From NCBI GenBank assembly GCA_038231435.1, contig JBBRLJ010000001.1, forward strand, positions 287,314 to 351,313: a stretch of 64,000 bases of DNA. Reading direction: 5' to 3'. Numbering within the stretch: position 1 is the first letter of the stretch; every line of letters starts with the position of its first letter. This stretch comes from Planctomycetota bacterium. Lineage in GTDB: Bacteria; Planctomycetota; UBA11346. Shown in pieces: positions 23,221 through 33,872 of this stretch. Made by a program: the position numbers and the translations under genes. The notes beneath the pieces are model-generated. The model ran no database searches. It was not told where the DNA came from and saw nothing but the letters and a program-made list of their open reading frames with translations.

Positions 23221-24525
23221 GTGGCGCGCATCCTCTCGGTCACCGCCTGCTGGCTCCCGGAGCGCATCGACGGCACCATCGTCACCATCGGCCAGCTCGC
23301 GCGGCGCTGGCAGGGGCGCGGCCACGCGGCGCCGGTCTTCTGCCGCCGCCTGGGCTCGTCCGCGCCCATGCCGGTGATCGACGCAGCGCGGCCCACGATC
23401 GTTCGCGAGTCGCTCGCCGGGGTCAGCGTCATCCGCGCCGAAGTACCGTTGCAGCGGCGCTTCGGCGGCGGTCTCGACCATCCGGATGTCGTGAGCCTCT
23501 TCGAACAGGCGATGGACGAGGAGCGACCGGACCTCGTCCACTTCCATCACCTCGAGAACCTGTCCTCGCTGCTGCCCGGACGGGTGGCGGCGCGTGGCTT
23601 GCCGAGCGTGATCACCCTGCACGACTTCCACCTGGTCTGCCCGACCGTGCAGCTGATCGGCAACCATGGCCGTCTGTGCCCGGGTCCGGACGGCGGTCGC
23701 CGCTGCGCCAGCTGCTGGCCAGCGTCAGCGCGCGCGGTGCGCGCGCCAGGAAGTCTGCGCGGGCGGCTGCGCCGGCTCGCCGATGTCGCGCTGCGTAGCA
23801 ACCGGGCAGCCTTCGTCGCCCGCCATGGCGCCGCCGCGGCGACGCTGCGTGGCGGATCGACCCTGGTATCGCCCACGCGATTCGTCGCCGAGACCGTCAC
23901 GCGCATCGCCGAGCTGCCGGCATCAGCCATCGAGGTGATCGGCAACGGCGCCGACGAACGCGCCTCGCCGCGTCCCTGCGCCGCGGGCACGGCGCCGGTG
24001 GTCGGCTTCATGGGTCATCTGCAGCGAGCCAAGGGTCCGCACCTGCTCGCTGCGGCGCTGGCCGGGATCGCTGATCTGCCCTGGAGCCTGCGCGTGCATG
24101 GCGATGGCCCACCAACCTATCGCGACGAGCTGGCGCGCCTGCTGCCCGCCGGCCGGACGACCTGGTCGGGCGCGTATGCGCCCGGAGAAGCCGAGGATCT
24201 GCTCGCGGGCATCGACGTGCTGGTGGTGCCGAGCACCTGGCCCGAGACGTTCTCGCTGGTCACCGCGCAGGCGCTCGCCGCCGGCGTGCCCTGCGTGGTC
24301 GCCGGCTGGGGCGGCCCCGCCGAACTGGTGCGCGATGGCGTCGATGGGCTGCACGTCAAGCCGGGCGACGCAGACGATCTGCGCGAGACCCTGCGCCGCC
24401 TCCTCGGCCAGCCGCGCGCGATTCTCGACCTCGCAGCCGGCGCCGCGGCGCGCCCGCGCCGCACCTGGGACGTGGTCGCTGACGATTATGCGCGGCTGTT
24501 CGCGCGGCTCGGGGTGGCGCTCTAG
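23221..24525 (+). CDS. GT4 glycosyltransferase
   Basis: PDLVHFHH, TLHDFHLVCP, KGPH, PSTWPETFSLV. Confidence 0.88.
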   Translation: MARILSVTACWLPERIDGTIVTIGQLARRWQGRGHAAPVFCRRLGSSAPMPVIDAARPTIVRESLAGVSVIRAEVPLQRRFGGGLDHPDVVSLFEQAMDEERPDLVHFHHLENLSSLLPGRVAARGLPSVITLHDFHLVCPTVQLIGNHGRLCPGPDGGRRCASCWPASARAVRAPGSLRGRLRRLADVALRSNRAAFVARHGAAAATLRGGSTLVSPTRFVAETVTRIAELPASAIEVIGNGADERASPRPCAAGTAPVVGFMGHLQRAKGPHLLAAALAGIADLPWSLRVHGDGPPTYRDELARLLPAGRTTWSGAYAPGEAEDLLAGIDVLVVPSTWPETFSLVTAQALAAGVPCVVAGWGGPAELVRDGVDGLHVKPGDADDLRETLRRLLGQPRAILDLAAGAAARPRRTWDVVADDYARLFARLGVAL

Positions 24526-25553
24526 CCGCTCCCCCGATCAAGGCGCCTGAGCGCGCGCGTGGCGCGGCTGAGCGCGGCGAAACCGCTCCACGCGTTCATC
24601 GCCTTGATGCGGGCGGTACCGTAGAACGGCGCCAGCGCGGCGGTGTAGAGGACCTGTAGCGGCCGCAGCATCCTAGCGAATAGCGGCTCATCCGCGTGGA
24701 TGATGATCCAGTCGAGAGGCCAGCGCAGGAGCAGGTACCACAGCACCAGGGGTATAGGCTCACGGGCGTAGCGCACCTGCTGTTGGACGAGTTCGCGGAT
24801 GATCGCCGTCCCTCCCCGGCTGGTCTTGTTGGTGCCGCTCGTGTACGCGATGCTGAGGACGTCATCGACGCATCGCCACCGCGCACCAGCCTCGCGCAAT
24901 CGGTTCCACAGTTCAGAATCCATCGAATAGTGGAAACGCTCGCGCAACAGCCGATCCACCCGCATAGCCGGTCGGCGGAAGAAGCAGCTGGACTGGGGCA
25001 CCGGATTGAGGTGCGGCATCAGCGCCAGTGTTTCCGCGCTGGCACCGACGATGCTCTCGTCGGCCGATCCCACATCGCGGCGGACGCAGCGTCCGACCAC
25101 CACGTCGACATCGGCTTCAGTGAAGCATGCGCCAACGCGGTCCAGGGCACCGGGAGCGAGGACGTCGTCGCAACACAGCCAGCCGAACACCATCCCGGTC
25201 GCGCGCGCGAAGCCCTGGTTCAGCGCGTGGGATTGGCCGCGATCGGAACGGGAGGACCAGAAATCGATCCATGGAGCGTAGGTGCGCAGCACCTCGACGG
25301 TGCGATCGGTGCTGCCGCCATCGATCACCAGCAATTGGAGATCGGCGTATCCCTGCAGGATGATCGAGCGCAGGCAACGCTCGATGTCCTCGCCCTGGTT
25401 GAACGACGGCACCACCAGCGTGATGCGCGGCAGGCGCTGGTGGTTGGAGGCGCGGGGTCGATCGGCTTCGGTCGCGGCTGGCGTCCATGGCCATCCGCTG
25501 CCGCCTGGCGGTCTTGGCAGCTCCGACACGGTGGGTTTCCGGGATCCTCTCAT
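24522..25553 (-). CDS. GT2 glycosyltransferase
   Basis: PSFNQG, IDGGSTD, DRGQSHALNQG, WLCCDD; ATGA coupling with the upstream gene. Confidence 0.9.
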   Translation of the reverse strand: MRGSRKPTVSELPRPPGGSGWPWTPAATEADRPRASNHQRLPRITLVVPSFNQGEDIERCLRSIILQGYADLQLLVIDGGSTDRTVEVLRTYAPWIDFWSSRSDRGQSHALNQGFARATGMVFGWLCCDDVLAPGALDRVGACFTEADVDVVVGRCVRRDVGSADESIVGASAETLALMPHLNPVPQSSCFFRRPAMRVDRLLRERFHYSMDSELWNRLREAGARWRCVDDVLSIAYTSGTNKTSRGGTAIIRELVQQQVRYAREPIPLVLWYLLLRWPLDWIIIHADEPLFARMLRPLQVLYTAALAPFYGTARIKAMNAWSGFAALSRATRALRRLDRGSG

Positions 25554-26896
25554 GCGCGCCCGCTGAGCGCATCGGCGTACCAATCGATGTAGCTGCCGAC
25601 CATGCGCTCGAGATCGTGCTCCGCCCGGTGGGCCACGGCCGCGGCGGCCATCCCAGATAGGCGCTCTGGAGCGTGCAGCAGGGCGAGCACGGCTTCCGCC
25701 AGCGACTTGGGATCGCGCGGTGGCACCAGCATCCCGGTCACGCCATCACGGATCTGTTCGGGGATCCCGCCTACGGCGGTGCCGACCACCGGTGTGCCAC
25801 AGGCCAAGGCTTCGATCACGGTCGTCGGATAGGTATCCGCCAGGGCGGCGTGGACGTAGAGGTCCGCGGCGCGGTAGTACGCGGCGACGATGCGGCGATC
25901 GTGCTGATAGGGAACGAACAGGATGCCCGCCGGGTCTTCGCCGTGCGTGGCCGCGTCTGCTGTCGAGGACGTGCCCTCGCCCAGTCCGACAAGTAGCGGA
26001 GCCTGGCGCGGATCCGAAACCATCATCGTCAGCGCCGCGCGCAACGTGGCGAAATCCTTGAACTGGTTGGCGCGGATGCCATTCGCCACGAAGAGGATGA
26101 TTTGGCGATCCAGCGGCAGACCCAATTCTCGTCGCGCGGAGTTGCGATCGCCATGGGCGAAGATCGCCAGATCGACGCCATTAGGGATCACCCGCGCCTC
26201 CACCATGGATTCGGCCAGCAGCGATGACCGCGCCATGTCCATGAGCCAGCGCGACGGCGCGGCGATGCGCAGGCGGCAGCGCGCGAGGATGTCGCGCTTG
26301 CGCTTCCAGTTGGCGGCGGTCGCATCGCGGCGGACGGCAGGGTACGTCGACAAGTATGGGCAGCTGCCGCAGCCGCTCGCCCAGCGCTGGCAATCGAAGG
26401 CGTACGCGCAGTGGCCCGACAACAGCCAACTGTCGTGGAGTGTGAGGAACGTCGGCACGCTGGCGCTCAACGTGGGCAATGCGCGCAGGTCGAAATAACC
26501 GCCATGGAGATTGTGGCAATGCAGGATCCGCGGCCGCCACGGCGGCAACGACAGGATATCGGCGGAGCGTGGCGACGAACGGAATTCCTCATGGCCCCGG
26601 AAAGCGTCCCAGCCGCGCAGCGGATGCGCGAGCGCGCGTAGGCCTGAACCCAGCGCGCGGCCAAGCGCGCCCAGGCCTTCGATCGCCGTTCTCGGCTGGA
26701 GCATCCTGGGTTTGGCTCCTGGGATCGCCGACACGAACGGGTCGTTCCCGGTCCTGGTACCGACTGCGGTCCAGCAGGCATGGCCCCGGTCGCGCAATGA
26801 ACCGGCCAAGTCGGAGGCGATGCGCTCGGCCCCGCCGGCGCTGTCCCGGGCGCTGACCTGGAGCACGCGTAATGGTGCCGTGAGCGCGTCAGGCAT
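25550..26896 (-). CDS. GT4 glycosyltransferase (WcaC-like)
   Basis: GGAERIA, HNLHGGYF, TLHDSW..GHC, EALACGTPVV. Confidence 0.9.
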   Translation of the reverse strand: MPDALTAPLRVLQVSARDSAGGAERIASDLAGSLRDRGHACWTAVGTRTGNDPFVSAIPGAKPRMLQPRTAIEGLGALGRALGSGLRALAHPLRGWDAFRGHEEFRSSPRSADILSLPPWRPRILHCHNLHGGYFDLRALPTLSASVPTFLTLHDSWLLSGHCAYAFDCQRWASGCGSCPYLSTYPAVRRDATAANWKRKRDILARCRLRIAAPSRWLMDMARSSLLAESMVEARVIPNGVDLAIFAHGDRNSARRELGLPLDRQIILFVANGIRANQFKDFATLRAALTMMVSDPRQAPLLVGLGEGTSSTADAATHGEDPAGILFVPYQHDRRIVAAYYRAADLYVHAALADTYPTTVIEALACGTPVVGTAVGGIPEQIRDGVTGMLVPPRDPKSLAEAVLALLHAPERLSGMAAAAVAHRAEHDLERMVGSYIDWYADALSGRA

Positions 26897-27707
26897 CGCG
26901 GCCAGCCACGTCGAAGGGTCCCGGTGCCGGCGGCGATGAAGCCGGCGACGTGCCCGAGCTGGCGAGGACCGTGTAGGCGTCGTAGGTGAATTCGTCTGCG
27001 TACCTGCGACCTTTCCTCAAACGGACCAGATGTTTCCTCAGCATGTCCCAACGCAGACGCGTCTCGCTGAACACGTTCCGCCGAACCTGGTGGTTCTGGT
27101 ACGCATCGTAGCGGCGCAGCTCGAGGTCGAGATCGCTGTGGCGATCGGCGACGATGGCGAAACCCTCTGACTTCAGCAGGAAGCGCAGGGTCGAGGGCGT
27201 GAACACGTTGATGTGCCCGTAGGATAGGTAGTGCTCGGCCTGCGTGTCCACTCCGATGCAGTAATCGCAGGGAACCTCGATGACCTGCTGCTTCGAGATG
27301 CGCCTGATCTCGCGCAGGGCGGGGCGCACATGTTCGACGTGCTCGAGCACGTGAGACAGCACGCAGAGGTCGAAGTGCCCATCGGCGAATGACGTGCGAT
27401 AGCCGTCGAAGAGCTCGACCGACGCGAGGCCCGGGATGCGCCACTTGCGGATCGCGTCGACGCCGCTCGGCGATACCTCGAGCGCATGCAGTTCGGAGCC
27501 GATGCCGGCCTCGGCGAGACGCTGGAGGATGCTGCCTTCCCCTGCCCCCCATTCGAGGATCCGCGCGAAGGAGCGGCCGCCACAGAGCGCGAGGATGTTG
27601 CGCGTCTTGCCCGTCGCTCCCAGTTCACGCCAGGGTGTCAGGCCGTCGTGGTACCAGTCATCATAGGCGCGCGACAGGGACGCGTCGATCGACAAGGGTG
27701 TCTTCAT
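26889..27707 (-). CDS. Class I SAM-dependent methyltransferase
   Basis: ILEWGAGEG, FDLCVLSHVLEHV. Confidence 0.88.
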   Translation of the reverse strand: MKTPLSIDASLSRAYDDWYHDGLTPWRELGATGKTRNILALCGGRSFARILEWGAGEGSILQRLAEAGIGSELHALEVSPSGVDAIRKWRIPGLASVELFDGYRTSFADGHFDLCVLSHVLEHVEHVRPALREIRRISKQQVIEVPCDYCIGVDTQAEHYLSYGHINVFTPSTLRFLLKSEGFAIVADRHSDLDLELRRYDAYQNHQVRRNVFSETRLRWDMLRKHLVRLRKGRRYADEFTYDAYTVLASSGTSPASSPPAPGPFDVAGRDA

Positions 27708-28777
27708 CGCGTCAAGCCGATCCGCTGGCACAAGGCCGAGCCGACACGGCCCGCTTTTCCACAAGCGCGGCGCCAGAATCGATCGAGCGGCTCCGCGATC
27801 CTCATCGCGCTCTTGCCGAGGCGATACCATGGCGAATCGAGCAGGCGCCGGATGTCGTCAAGGGGACGCACCTCGATACGCATCGCGCCTGAGGCGACGT
27901 CCGCCATGAGGGCACGCGCCTGCGGCGGATGCTCCCCGGTGAAGCGTTCGAGCCAGCCGGGGAATTCATACACATTGTGCAGGCGGAACGGCCGCGCGAG
28001 GCGCAGGTATTCCTCTTCCGCCCAGCGCAACGCGCCCTCGCGATCGGCCCAGGAAGCCTTGCTGTAGTACTCGCACTTCTCCATCACCTGCTTGGGGAAG
28101 ACCAGGGAATAGTGGTAGAGGAATATCCCCTCGCGAGCGAGCTCGCGGTCCGACAGCCAGCCGCGCCGGCGCAGGTCGATGCCGGAGCCGTCGACGACCG
28201 TGGGCGGGCGATGAGCCGCATAGCGGTAGCCAGGCTGCCAGCGGAACACGCGGTGGAAGGTGTTGCCGCCACGCATGAGGTACCAGCCGTCGACGTACTG
28301 TTCGAACCCGCCCCAGAACTGGATCTGATGGAGCGAGGCCGCCTGCAGCTCGGGGCGCGCGGCGAACAGCTCGAGGATCCGCGCCATGTCGCGCGGGTGG
28401 TAGAATTCGTCGATATCGATCTGCCAAAGGATATCCCCGGTGCAGCGCTCCGCGTACGCCTGGGACATCTCGTCCTTCTCGAGCCAGAAGCCATCCTTGG
28501 TGACGATCTGTATCTTGCCTTGGGGATCCTCGTCGCGAGCGAAGGCGCGCAGGATCTCCAGGGTGCCGTCTCGCGAGTGCCCGTCGGCGGTGGCGATGCC
28601 CGCGGCCGCCGAGCACGCGCCTTCGACGACGATGATCTGATGGGCGAAAGGATACAGCGCGCGCAAGCAATAGCGGGTGAACGGCTCGCCATCGAGGACT
28701 ATGAGGCCGAACGTCACCCGCAATGGCGTGCGTGGCGCTTCACCGGCCAGCGGCGGCGAAGGGAACGGCTCAGCCAT
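27704..28777 (-). CDS. GT2-like glycosyltransferase
   Basis: IIVVEG, SRDGT, WQIDIDEFY (DxD motif). Confidence 0.8.
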   Translation of the reverse strand: MAEPFPSPPLAGEAPRTPLRVTFGLIVLDGEPFTRYCLRALYPFAHQIIVVEGACSAAAGIATADGHSRDGTLEILRAFARDEDPQGKIQIVTKDGFWLEKDEMSQAYAERCTGDILWQIDIDEFYHPRDMARILELFAARPELQAASLHQIQFWGGFEQYVDGWYLMRGGNTFHRVFRWQPGYRYAAHRPPTVVDGSGIDLRRRGWLSDRELAREGIFLYHYSLVFPKQVMEKCEYYSKASWADREGALRWAEEEYLRLARPFRLHNVYEFPGWLERFTGEHPPQARALMADVASGAMRIEVRPLDDIRRLLDSPWYRLGKSAMRIAEPLDRFWRRACGKAGRVGSALCQRIGLTR

Positions 28778-29489
28778 GGGCGCCTCCCGCCGGAGCCTGC
28801 CGCGCGGCGATCCAGGCCGGCTCGGCATAGAAGCACGACTTGAAGGTCTTGGCGAAGAGCACGTAGCCCAGGCTCGCGAGGTGGGAGCTGATCTGGTTTT
28901 CCGATACCATGGCGATGCTCGCGAGCGCGCATTCGGCGATCACGATGCGCGGCCGGAAGCGTGCCCAATCGTTCGAGCGCAGCACGTCGAGGTCGCGCCC
29001 CTCGGCGTCGACGCTCAGGAAGTCTATGGTCGCACCGGCGGGCAGATGGCGATCCAGCAAAACGGACAATGGCTGCTGCGGCACGACCACCGAGCTGGTT
29101 ATGTGGTAGCGGTGGTTTTCCTGGCCCTTCGCCACCCGTTCGTCGAAGGTGTTGAGCGCCGGTTCGTTGAACAGGAAGAACCTGCACTCGCCGGCGTGCT
29201 CGGCGACGCCGCATTCGATGTTCACGTCGCGTGGTCTTGACTTCGAGAATGCGGCCATGCTGCCAGGGGTGGCATCGATGTTGATGCCGCGCCAACCACG
29301 CTGGTAGAAGAGCCAGGTGTTGGAGAACCGGTGGGGATGATGGGCACCGACATCCACATAGAATCCGCTTTGCTGTTCGCCGAAGATGCGGCCCAGCACG
29401 AGGTCCTCCCCCTCCTGCGCGTACGAAGGCGTGCTGAATCGCGCGGTGCGCCTGCGCTTCAGGAAGGCCCTGATATTGGGGATGCGCAT
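28770..29489 (-). CDS. FkbM-family methyltransferase
   Basis: YAQEGED, FYVDVGAHHP, GWRGINID, IDFLSVDAEG; AGGAGG RBS. Confidence 0.92.
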   Translation of the reverse strand: MRIPNIRAFLKRRRTARFSTPSYAQEGEDLVLGRIFGEQQSGFYVDVGAHHPHRFSNTWLFYQRGWRGINIDATPGSMAAFSKSRPRDVNIECGVAEHAGECRFFLFNEPALNTFDERVAKGQENHRYHITSSVVVPQQPLSVLLDRHLPAGATIDFLSVDAEGRDLDVLRSNDWARFRPRIVIAECALASIAMVSENQISSHLASLGYVLFAKTFKSCFYAEPAWIAARQAPAGGAHG

Positions 29490-29652
29490 CACCATCCTCC
29501 TTCGCGGTTGCGTGAGCCATCGTACATGGAGGAGAGACGAGGACGGATGGAGGATGCTCGCTCGTCGGCCTCCGCCCGCTCCATGCGCATCGTCTCGTGC
29601 AAGGCCAGCCCACGGCCGAGCAGCAGGATGTCGCGGGCCGCCGACGACACCT

Positions 29653-31419
29653 TCATGCGGGCTCCGTCTCGCTAGGCGTTGCTGGGGCGTGGGCATCCGG
29701 CTGCACACGGTTCAGCCCCGCGAGATCGATGACCTCGTCCACGCGGGCGCGGATCCAGGGGTCATGGGTGACGAAGATGACGATCCTGTTGTGATATGAC
29801 CCGAGGATGCGCTCGACGAGCGCATCGCGGGTCTCGCGGTCGAGGGAGGCGGTGGCCTCGTCCAGGATCAGGACATCCGCTTCGCGCACCAGCGCCCTGG
29901 CGATGCCGATGCGTTGGCGCTGCCCGCCGGAGAGGTTGGCTCCCTGGTAATTGAGGCGGGTGTCGTAGCCCGCGGGAAGCGCGGCGATGAACGGAGCGAT
30001 GCACGCCGCCTCGGCGGCGGCGCGCACGCGAGCGTCCGTGGTGGTGGCGCCGAAGGAGATGTTGGTCATCACCGTATCGTTGAAGATGGTCGTCTGCTGC
30101 CCGAGCAGGACCACGCGCTCGCGCAGCGAGCGCAGGCTCACGCGCTCGATCGGCATGCCATTGATCGAAATCGATCCAGCGTCCACGCGGCGCAGACCCA
30201 GGAGGAGATCCAACAGGGTCGATTTTCCGCATCCGGAAGGCCCGACGATGGCGTACGACCGGCCGGCGCGCAACGCGATGCTCACGCCATCCAGGACCGG
30301 TGCCCTTCCAGGGTACGAGAACCCCACGCCGGTGAGTGCGATCTCCGTGACTGGACGCCCGAGGACGGTGCTTCCGTCCCAGCCCCCAGCAGGCTCGTCG
30401 AGCAGCCCGGTCATGTCCCGTCCGGCCTTGGCATCGGCGACGATCCGCAGCGACACGTTCAGACATTGGCCGATGACCGGGAAGAAGCGCAGCAGCAGGA
30501 ACAGGAGCGTCGCGGCGAAGGCCAGATCAACAGAGCCGTCGGCCGGAGCCCAGATCAGCATCACCACGGCGAACAGCGCCAACAGGCATGCCGCCGGGGC
30601 GGAGCGGGCCATGGTGTTGATGGCATCGATCGTGAACAGCACGCGTGTGTAGCTGTGAATGGCGGCTCGATGTGCGAGACTCACGTAGTGCTCACCGGAA
30701 AATGCGCGCACCGAGCGCACTCCATTCAGGGAATCCAGCAGAATCGATCCCGCTTCGCCCTGCAACTCGGTACGTCGCGCACCGAGCCGATCGGTGGCGC
30801 GAAACGCTCGCAGCAGGATCAGCAGCGACAGGCAGAGCAGGCACGACACCATCAGGCAGGCGGCTGGGGAATACCAAGCAATGGCGAGGAAGTACACGCC
30901 GGCGAGCGCCGCGGCCGACAGCCACTGGCCGAGGTTCTCAACCACCGATCCGGCCCGAGCCGATTCATCGCCGGTCAAGGTGATATAGTAACCGATGCTC
31001 TTGTCTTCGATCTCCTTGAGGCTGAAATCGCGGATGATGCGATCGAATGCGATCGCCGACAGCTGGGTCTGCACGCATTTCCCGATATGGTTGGAAAGCA
31101 TGTGGCTGCCTAGTTGCGTGATCAGCCGGGCCAACAGCACCAGAGCGAAGAGCACCAGCAGGTTTTTCATGTCCGGCCGAATCCCGATCGCGAGCAGCAC
31201 GGTCGGCAGACGGTCTCCGGCAGGGATCTTCTGCCCGGATACAATCAGGGATGCGTAATAGACTGATCCCATCGCCACCAGCTCGGCGACCAGCGACATC
31301 GCCACGATGATCGAGCCGGCGTACATCAGCGGATTGCGCGCGAAGGCGAAACGCAGCAGCCTCAGCAGGTAGTGCGCGCTCCTGGCGGTGGCGCTCGCCG
31401 GATGGGTCGGCTCGGTCAT
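29653..31419 (-). CDS. ABC transporter, fused permease-ATPase (glycan flippase-like)
   Basis: TM domain plus GPSGCGKST, LSGGQRQR, ILDEAT; located within the glycan cluster. Confidence 0.9.
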   Translation of the reverse strand: MTEPTHPASATARSAHYLLRLLRFAFARNPLMYAGSIIVAMSLVAELVAMGSVYYASLIVSGQKIPAGDRLPTVLLAIGIRPDMKNLLVLFALVLLARLITQLGSHMLSNHIGKCVQTQLSAIAFDRIIRDFSLKEIEDKSIGYYITLTGDESARAGSVVENLGQWLSAAALAGVYFLAIAWYSPAACLMVSCLLCLSLLILLRAFRATDRLGARRTELQGEAGSILLDSLNGVRSVRAFSGEHYVSLAHRAAIHSYTRVLFTIDAINTMARSAPAACLLALFAVVMLIWAPADGSVDLAFAATLLFLLLRFFPVIGQCLNVSLRIVADAKAGRDMTGLLDEPAGGWDGSTVLGRPVTEIALTGVGFSYPGRAPVLDGVSIALRAGRSYAIVGPSGCGKSTLLDLLLGLRRVDAGSISINGMPIERVSLRSLRERVVLLGQQTTIFNDTVMTNISFGATTTDARVRAAAEAACIAPFIAALPAGYDTRLNYQGANLSGGQRQRIGIARALVREADVLILDEATASLDRETRDALVERILGSYHNRIVIFVTHDPWIRARVDEVIDLAGLNRVQPDAHAPATPSETEPA

Positions 31420-31420
31420 G

Positions 31421-33184
31421 CTACGTCCGTTCCATGGCCGCGGTCGGGTCGGCAAAGGCGGCGAGCTTGTGCAGCAGGGGGCCATCGGTTCCGCCCACGG
31501 ACAAGGCTGAGACCAGGCGCGCGGCCTCCGATCTCAGCCCGGCAGTCTCCTCGGCCAGGTCCAAGCCACGGTCGGCCGCTTCGGCGGCATCCTTGCCATC
31601 GCGACCCGCAACGATGATCGCAGCGATGCGCTCGGCTTCGCGGAGGTGGCGAGGGCGCAGCCACGCATCGATCACCTGACCAGGAGCATCCATCCATGGG
31701 CGCATGGCCTTCTCGACGGCGCGAAGTAGCGGAGGCCGGGGGCGATCGCGATCGGGGATCGCTTCGGCGATCGAAAACAGGCCGCCCCCATGTTCGAGCG
31801 CGAACCAGCGATAGGCAGCCCGCATGCGCTCCTCGCTCCATCCCTGGTCGAGCGCTTCATCGATGTGCGCGAGGTACGCCTCGATGCCACCGCCGCAGAG
31901 ATTGAGGTCGGCGGGATAGTACAGCAACCCCGCCGAGTAGGACACGACCGGCAGACCGAGCAGGGCCATCTCGACGCCGGCGCTCGACCAGGCGTTGAGG
32001 AACACGTCGGCATGCTTCGCCAGGTCGTACAGGGAGACGCCATCCGACGGCCAGTTGACGTGGCAGTTGTCCGGCAGATCGCTCAGCGCGGCGTGGAGCT
32101 GGCGGGCGTGCTCGGAATGCACAGGGTCCCGCCGGTTCGGCAGCTCTCGGGGGTGGACGCGGATGATCAGCGCGAGATCGCGGCGCGTCGCGACGAGGGC
32201 GACCAATGCCCGCACCCACTCCAATTGGGTTGGGAAGAGCGGGTCCGCGGGCTGATCGATGGCCCCGATGACCTCGGCGGCGAAGCGCTCGTCATAGCTG
32301 CTCATCGTGGCCACCAGCAGGCGTTGGCCAGGCGCGACGCTGAAGCGGGAGCGGACGTCGGCATCCCCTCCCGCCATCGGTGTAGAATACACGAAGACGC
32401 TGCTGCCCTGGAACAACCTGAGGAGATGGTCGGTGACGCGCGACAGAGAGAGTGCGGAGCATGGCCAGTCGCGGACCTCGGGCCAGAGCTTCGAGATGTT
32501 GCGCGCCGAGTACGCGCTGGTCATGCCCTTGGTCAGCATCAGCGTCTGCAGACGGTTGGAGAGGTTGCCGCCGGCATGGATCGTGTAGTAGGCGATCCCG
32601 CGCAGCTGGGCGTAGCGGCAGCAGACGTGGTTCACGCCGTAGAGGGAATTGTAGCACAGCACGCGGTCGAATTGCGCGTCCGCGAAAACACGGCGGCACG
32701 CGAACAGCACGCTGAGCGCATTGCGGATGTAGATCAGGCAGCGTGGCCATTCCTCGTCGGTGAAGTCGCAGCTGGTCTTCTTCGCGTGCAGGAGCGGCTC
32801 GTACAGGGCGAGCCGCGCGACCTCGATGCCGTCGACCACCAGCTCCAGCGGCCGCGAGCGCTCGACCGTCGCCATCAACGCCGCGATGTCGCGGTCGTCG
32901 GCGGGCGTGAGGCGCTCGTCGATGTCGAACCCGTCGAAACCGAAACGATGGCGGATCAGCCGCTTTGCCGAGACGCAGGCTCGGCAGACCTCGGCCTTGT
33001 CGGCCGCGCTCGCTGCTGGCGAGATACCGCGCGCGCTCATCGCCGTGCAGTGGGCAGACAACCGGGTCCCGCAGGTGACATAGGTGATCTCGTGTCCTGA
33101 ACGCTGTAGGGCCTCGGCGACCAGCGCCTCGGGAAACGAGTGCGCCCAGACAGCGGCATGAGGGGCGAAGACCAGGATCCTCAT
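31421..33184 (-). CDS. Capsule polysaccharide biosynthesis/modification protein (Capsule_synth-like)
   Basis: IIRVHPRE HP motif, WSSAGVEMALLGLPVV; cluster context. Confidence 0.65.
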   Translation of the reverse strand: MRILVFAPHAAVWAHSFPEALVAEALQRSGHEITYVTCGTRLSAHCTAMSARGISPAASAADKAEVCRACVSAKRLIRHRFGFDGFDIDERLTPADDRDIAALMATVERSRPLELVVDGIEVARLALYEPLLHAKKTSCDFTDEEWPRCLIYIRNALSVLFACRRVFADAQFDRVLCYNSLYGVNHVCCRYAQLRGIAYYTIHAGGNLSNRLQTLMLTKGMTSAYSARNISKLWPEVRDWPCSALSLSRVTDHLLRLFQGSSVFVYSTPMAGGDADVRSRFSVAPGQRLLVATMSSYDERFAAEVIGAIDQPADPLFPTQLEWVRALVALVATRRDLALIIRVHPRELPNRRDPVHSEHARQLHAALSDLPDNCHVNWPSDGVSLYDLAKHADVFLNAWSSAGVEMALLGLPVVSYSAGLLYYPADLNLCGGGIEAYLAHIDEALDQGWSEERMRAAYRWFALEHGGGLFSIAEAIPDRDRPRPPLLRAVEKAMRPWMDAPGQVIDAWLRPRHLREAERIAAIIVAGRDGKDAAEAADRGLDLAEETAGLRSEAARLVSALSVGGTDGPLLHKLAAFADPTAAMERT

Positions 33185-33798
33185 GCCGATTCCGGCCGAG
33201 CAGGCTTGACGGACGCGGCTTCCGCCGGAACGGACATCAGCGACGCCACGACGTACTTCTTCTCGAGATTACGCACGATCGCCCGCTCGGCGGGGATGAT
33301 CTGCAGGACTCCTTCGCAGCCCGCGGCGGCGAGATCGGCGATGGCGATGCGCGGTGTCTCGAGTGCCGCGGCTTCCTCGACCGTCGCGTCGATGACGCCG
33401 ATCAGCCGTTGTCCGTTCTCTCGCAGAGACAGCGCGGCGATCTCGGCCAGCGGGCCACCGCCGAGAAAGGCCACCCGGGCCACTCCCGAACGCGCCATCG
33501 AATGGAGCGCGTTCGAGGCGTTGCGATGCGCCTCGCGGTAGAGCCGGTAATTGCTGGTGACGAACTCGAGCACCAGCCGGCTCTTTTCGGTCATGCCTTT
33601 CGGCGTGAGCCAGTAGCGCATGCGCTTGGCTGGCGCGGTGGTGAGCTTGATCCATCCCTTAGCGGCGAGGAGCTTCAGATAGCGGTTCACCAGGCCCTGG
33701 GCCATGTCCAGCCGCAGGAAGATGTCGCGTTGCGAAAGTCCCCGCTCCTCGGACAGGAGCTGGGCGATCTGCAGCAGCTTCTGGTCAGGTGCTTTCAT
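33181..33798 (-). CDS. EPS-associated MarR-like winged-helix regulator with C-terminal Rossmann-like domain
   Basis: SQRD..LDMAQGLVNRYLK, YWLTPKGMTEKSRL. Confidence 0.85.
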   Translation of the reverse strand: MKAPDQKLLQIAQLLSEERGLSQRDIFLRLDMAQGLVNRYLKLLAAKGWIKLTTAPAKRMRYWLTPKGMTEKSRLVLEFVTSNYRLYREAHRNASNALHSMARSGVARVAFLGGGPLAEIAALSLRENGQRLIGVIDATVEEAAALETPRIAIADLAAAGCEGVLQIIPAERAIVRNLEKKYVVASLMSVPAEAASVKPARPESA

Positions 33799-33831
33799 GG
33801 GTTTTCACCGGGGACACCGTACGTTAGCGAT

Positions 33832-33872
33832 GTTCACCCAGTGAACGTTAGTCCGCCCGACGCCAGGTTCAA
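33832..33872 (-). promoter_or_regulatory. Putative sigma70 promoter (TTGAAC-16-TAACGT) overlapped by the palindrome GTTCAC-CCA-GTGAAC
   Basis: Inverted repeat at 33832-33846, directly upstream of the MarR gene. Confidence 0.6.
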
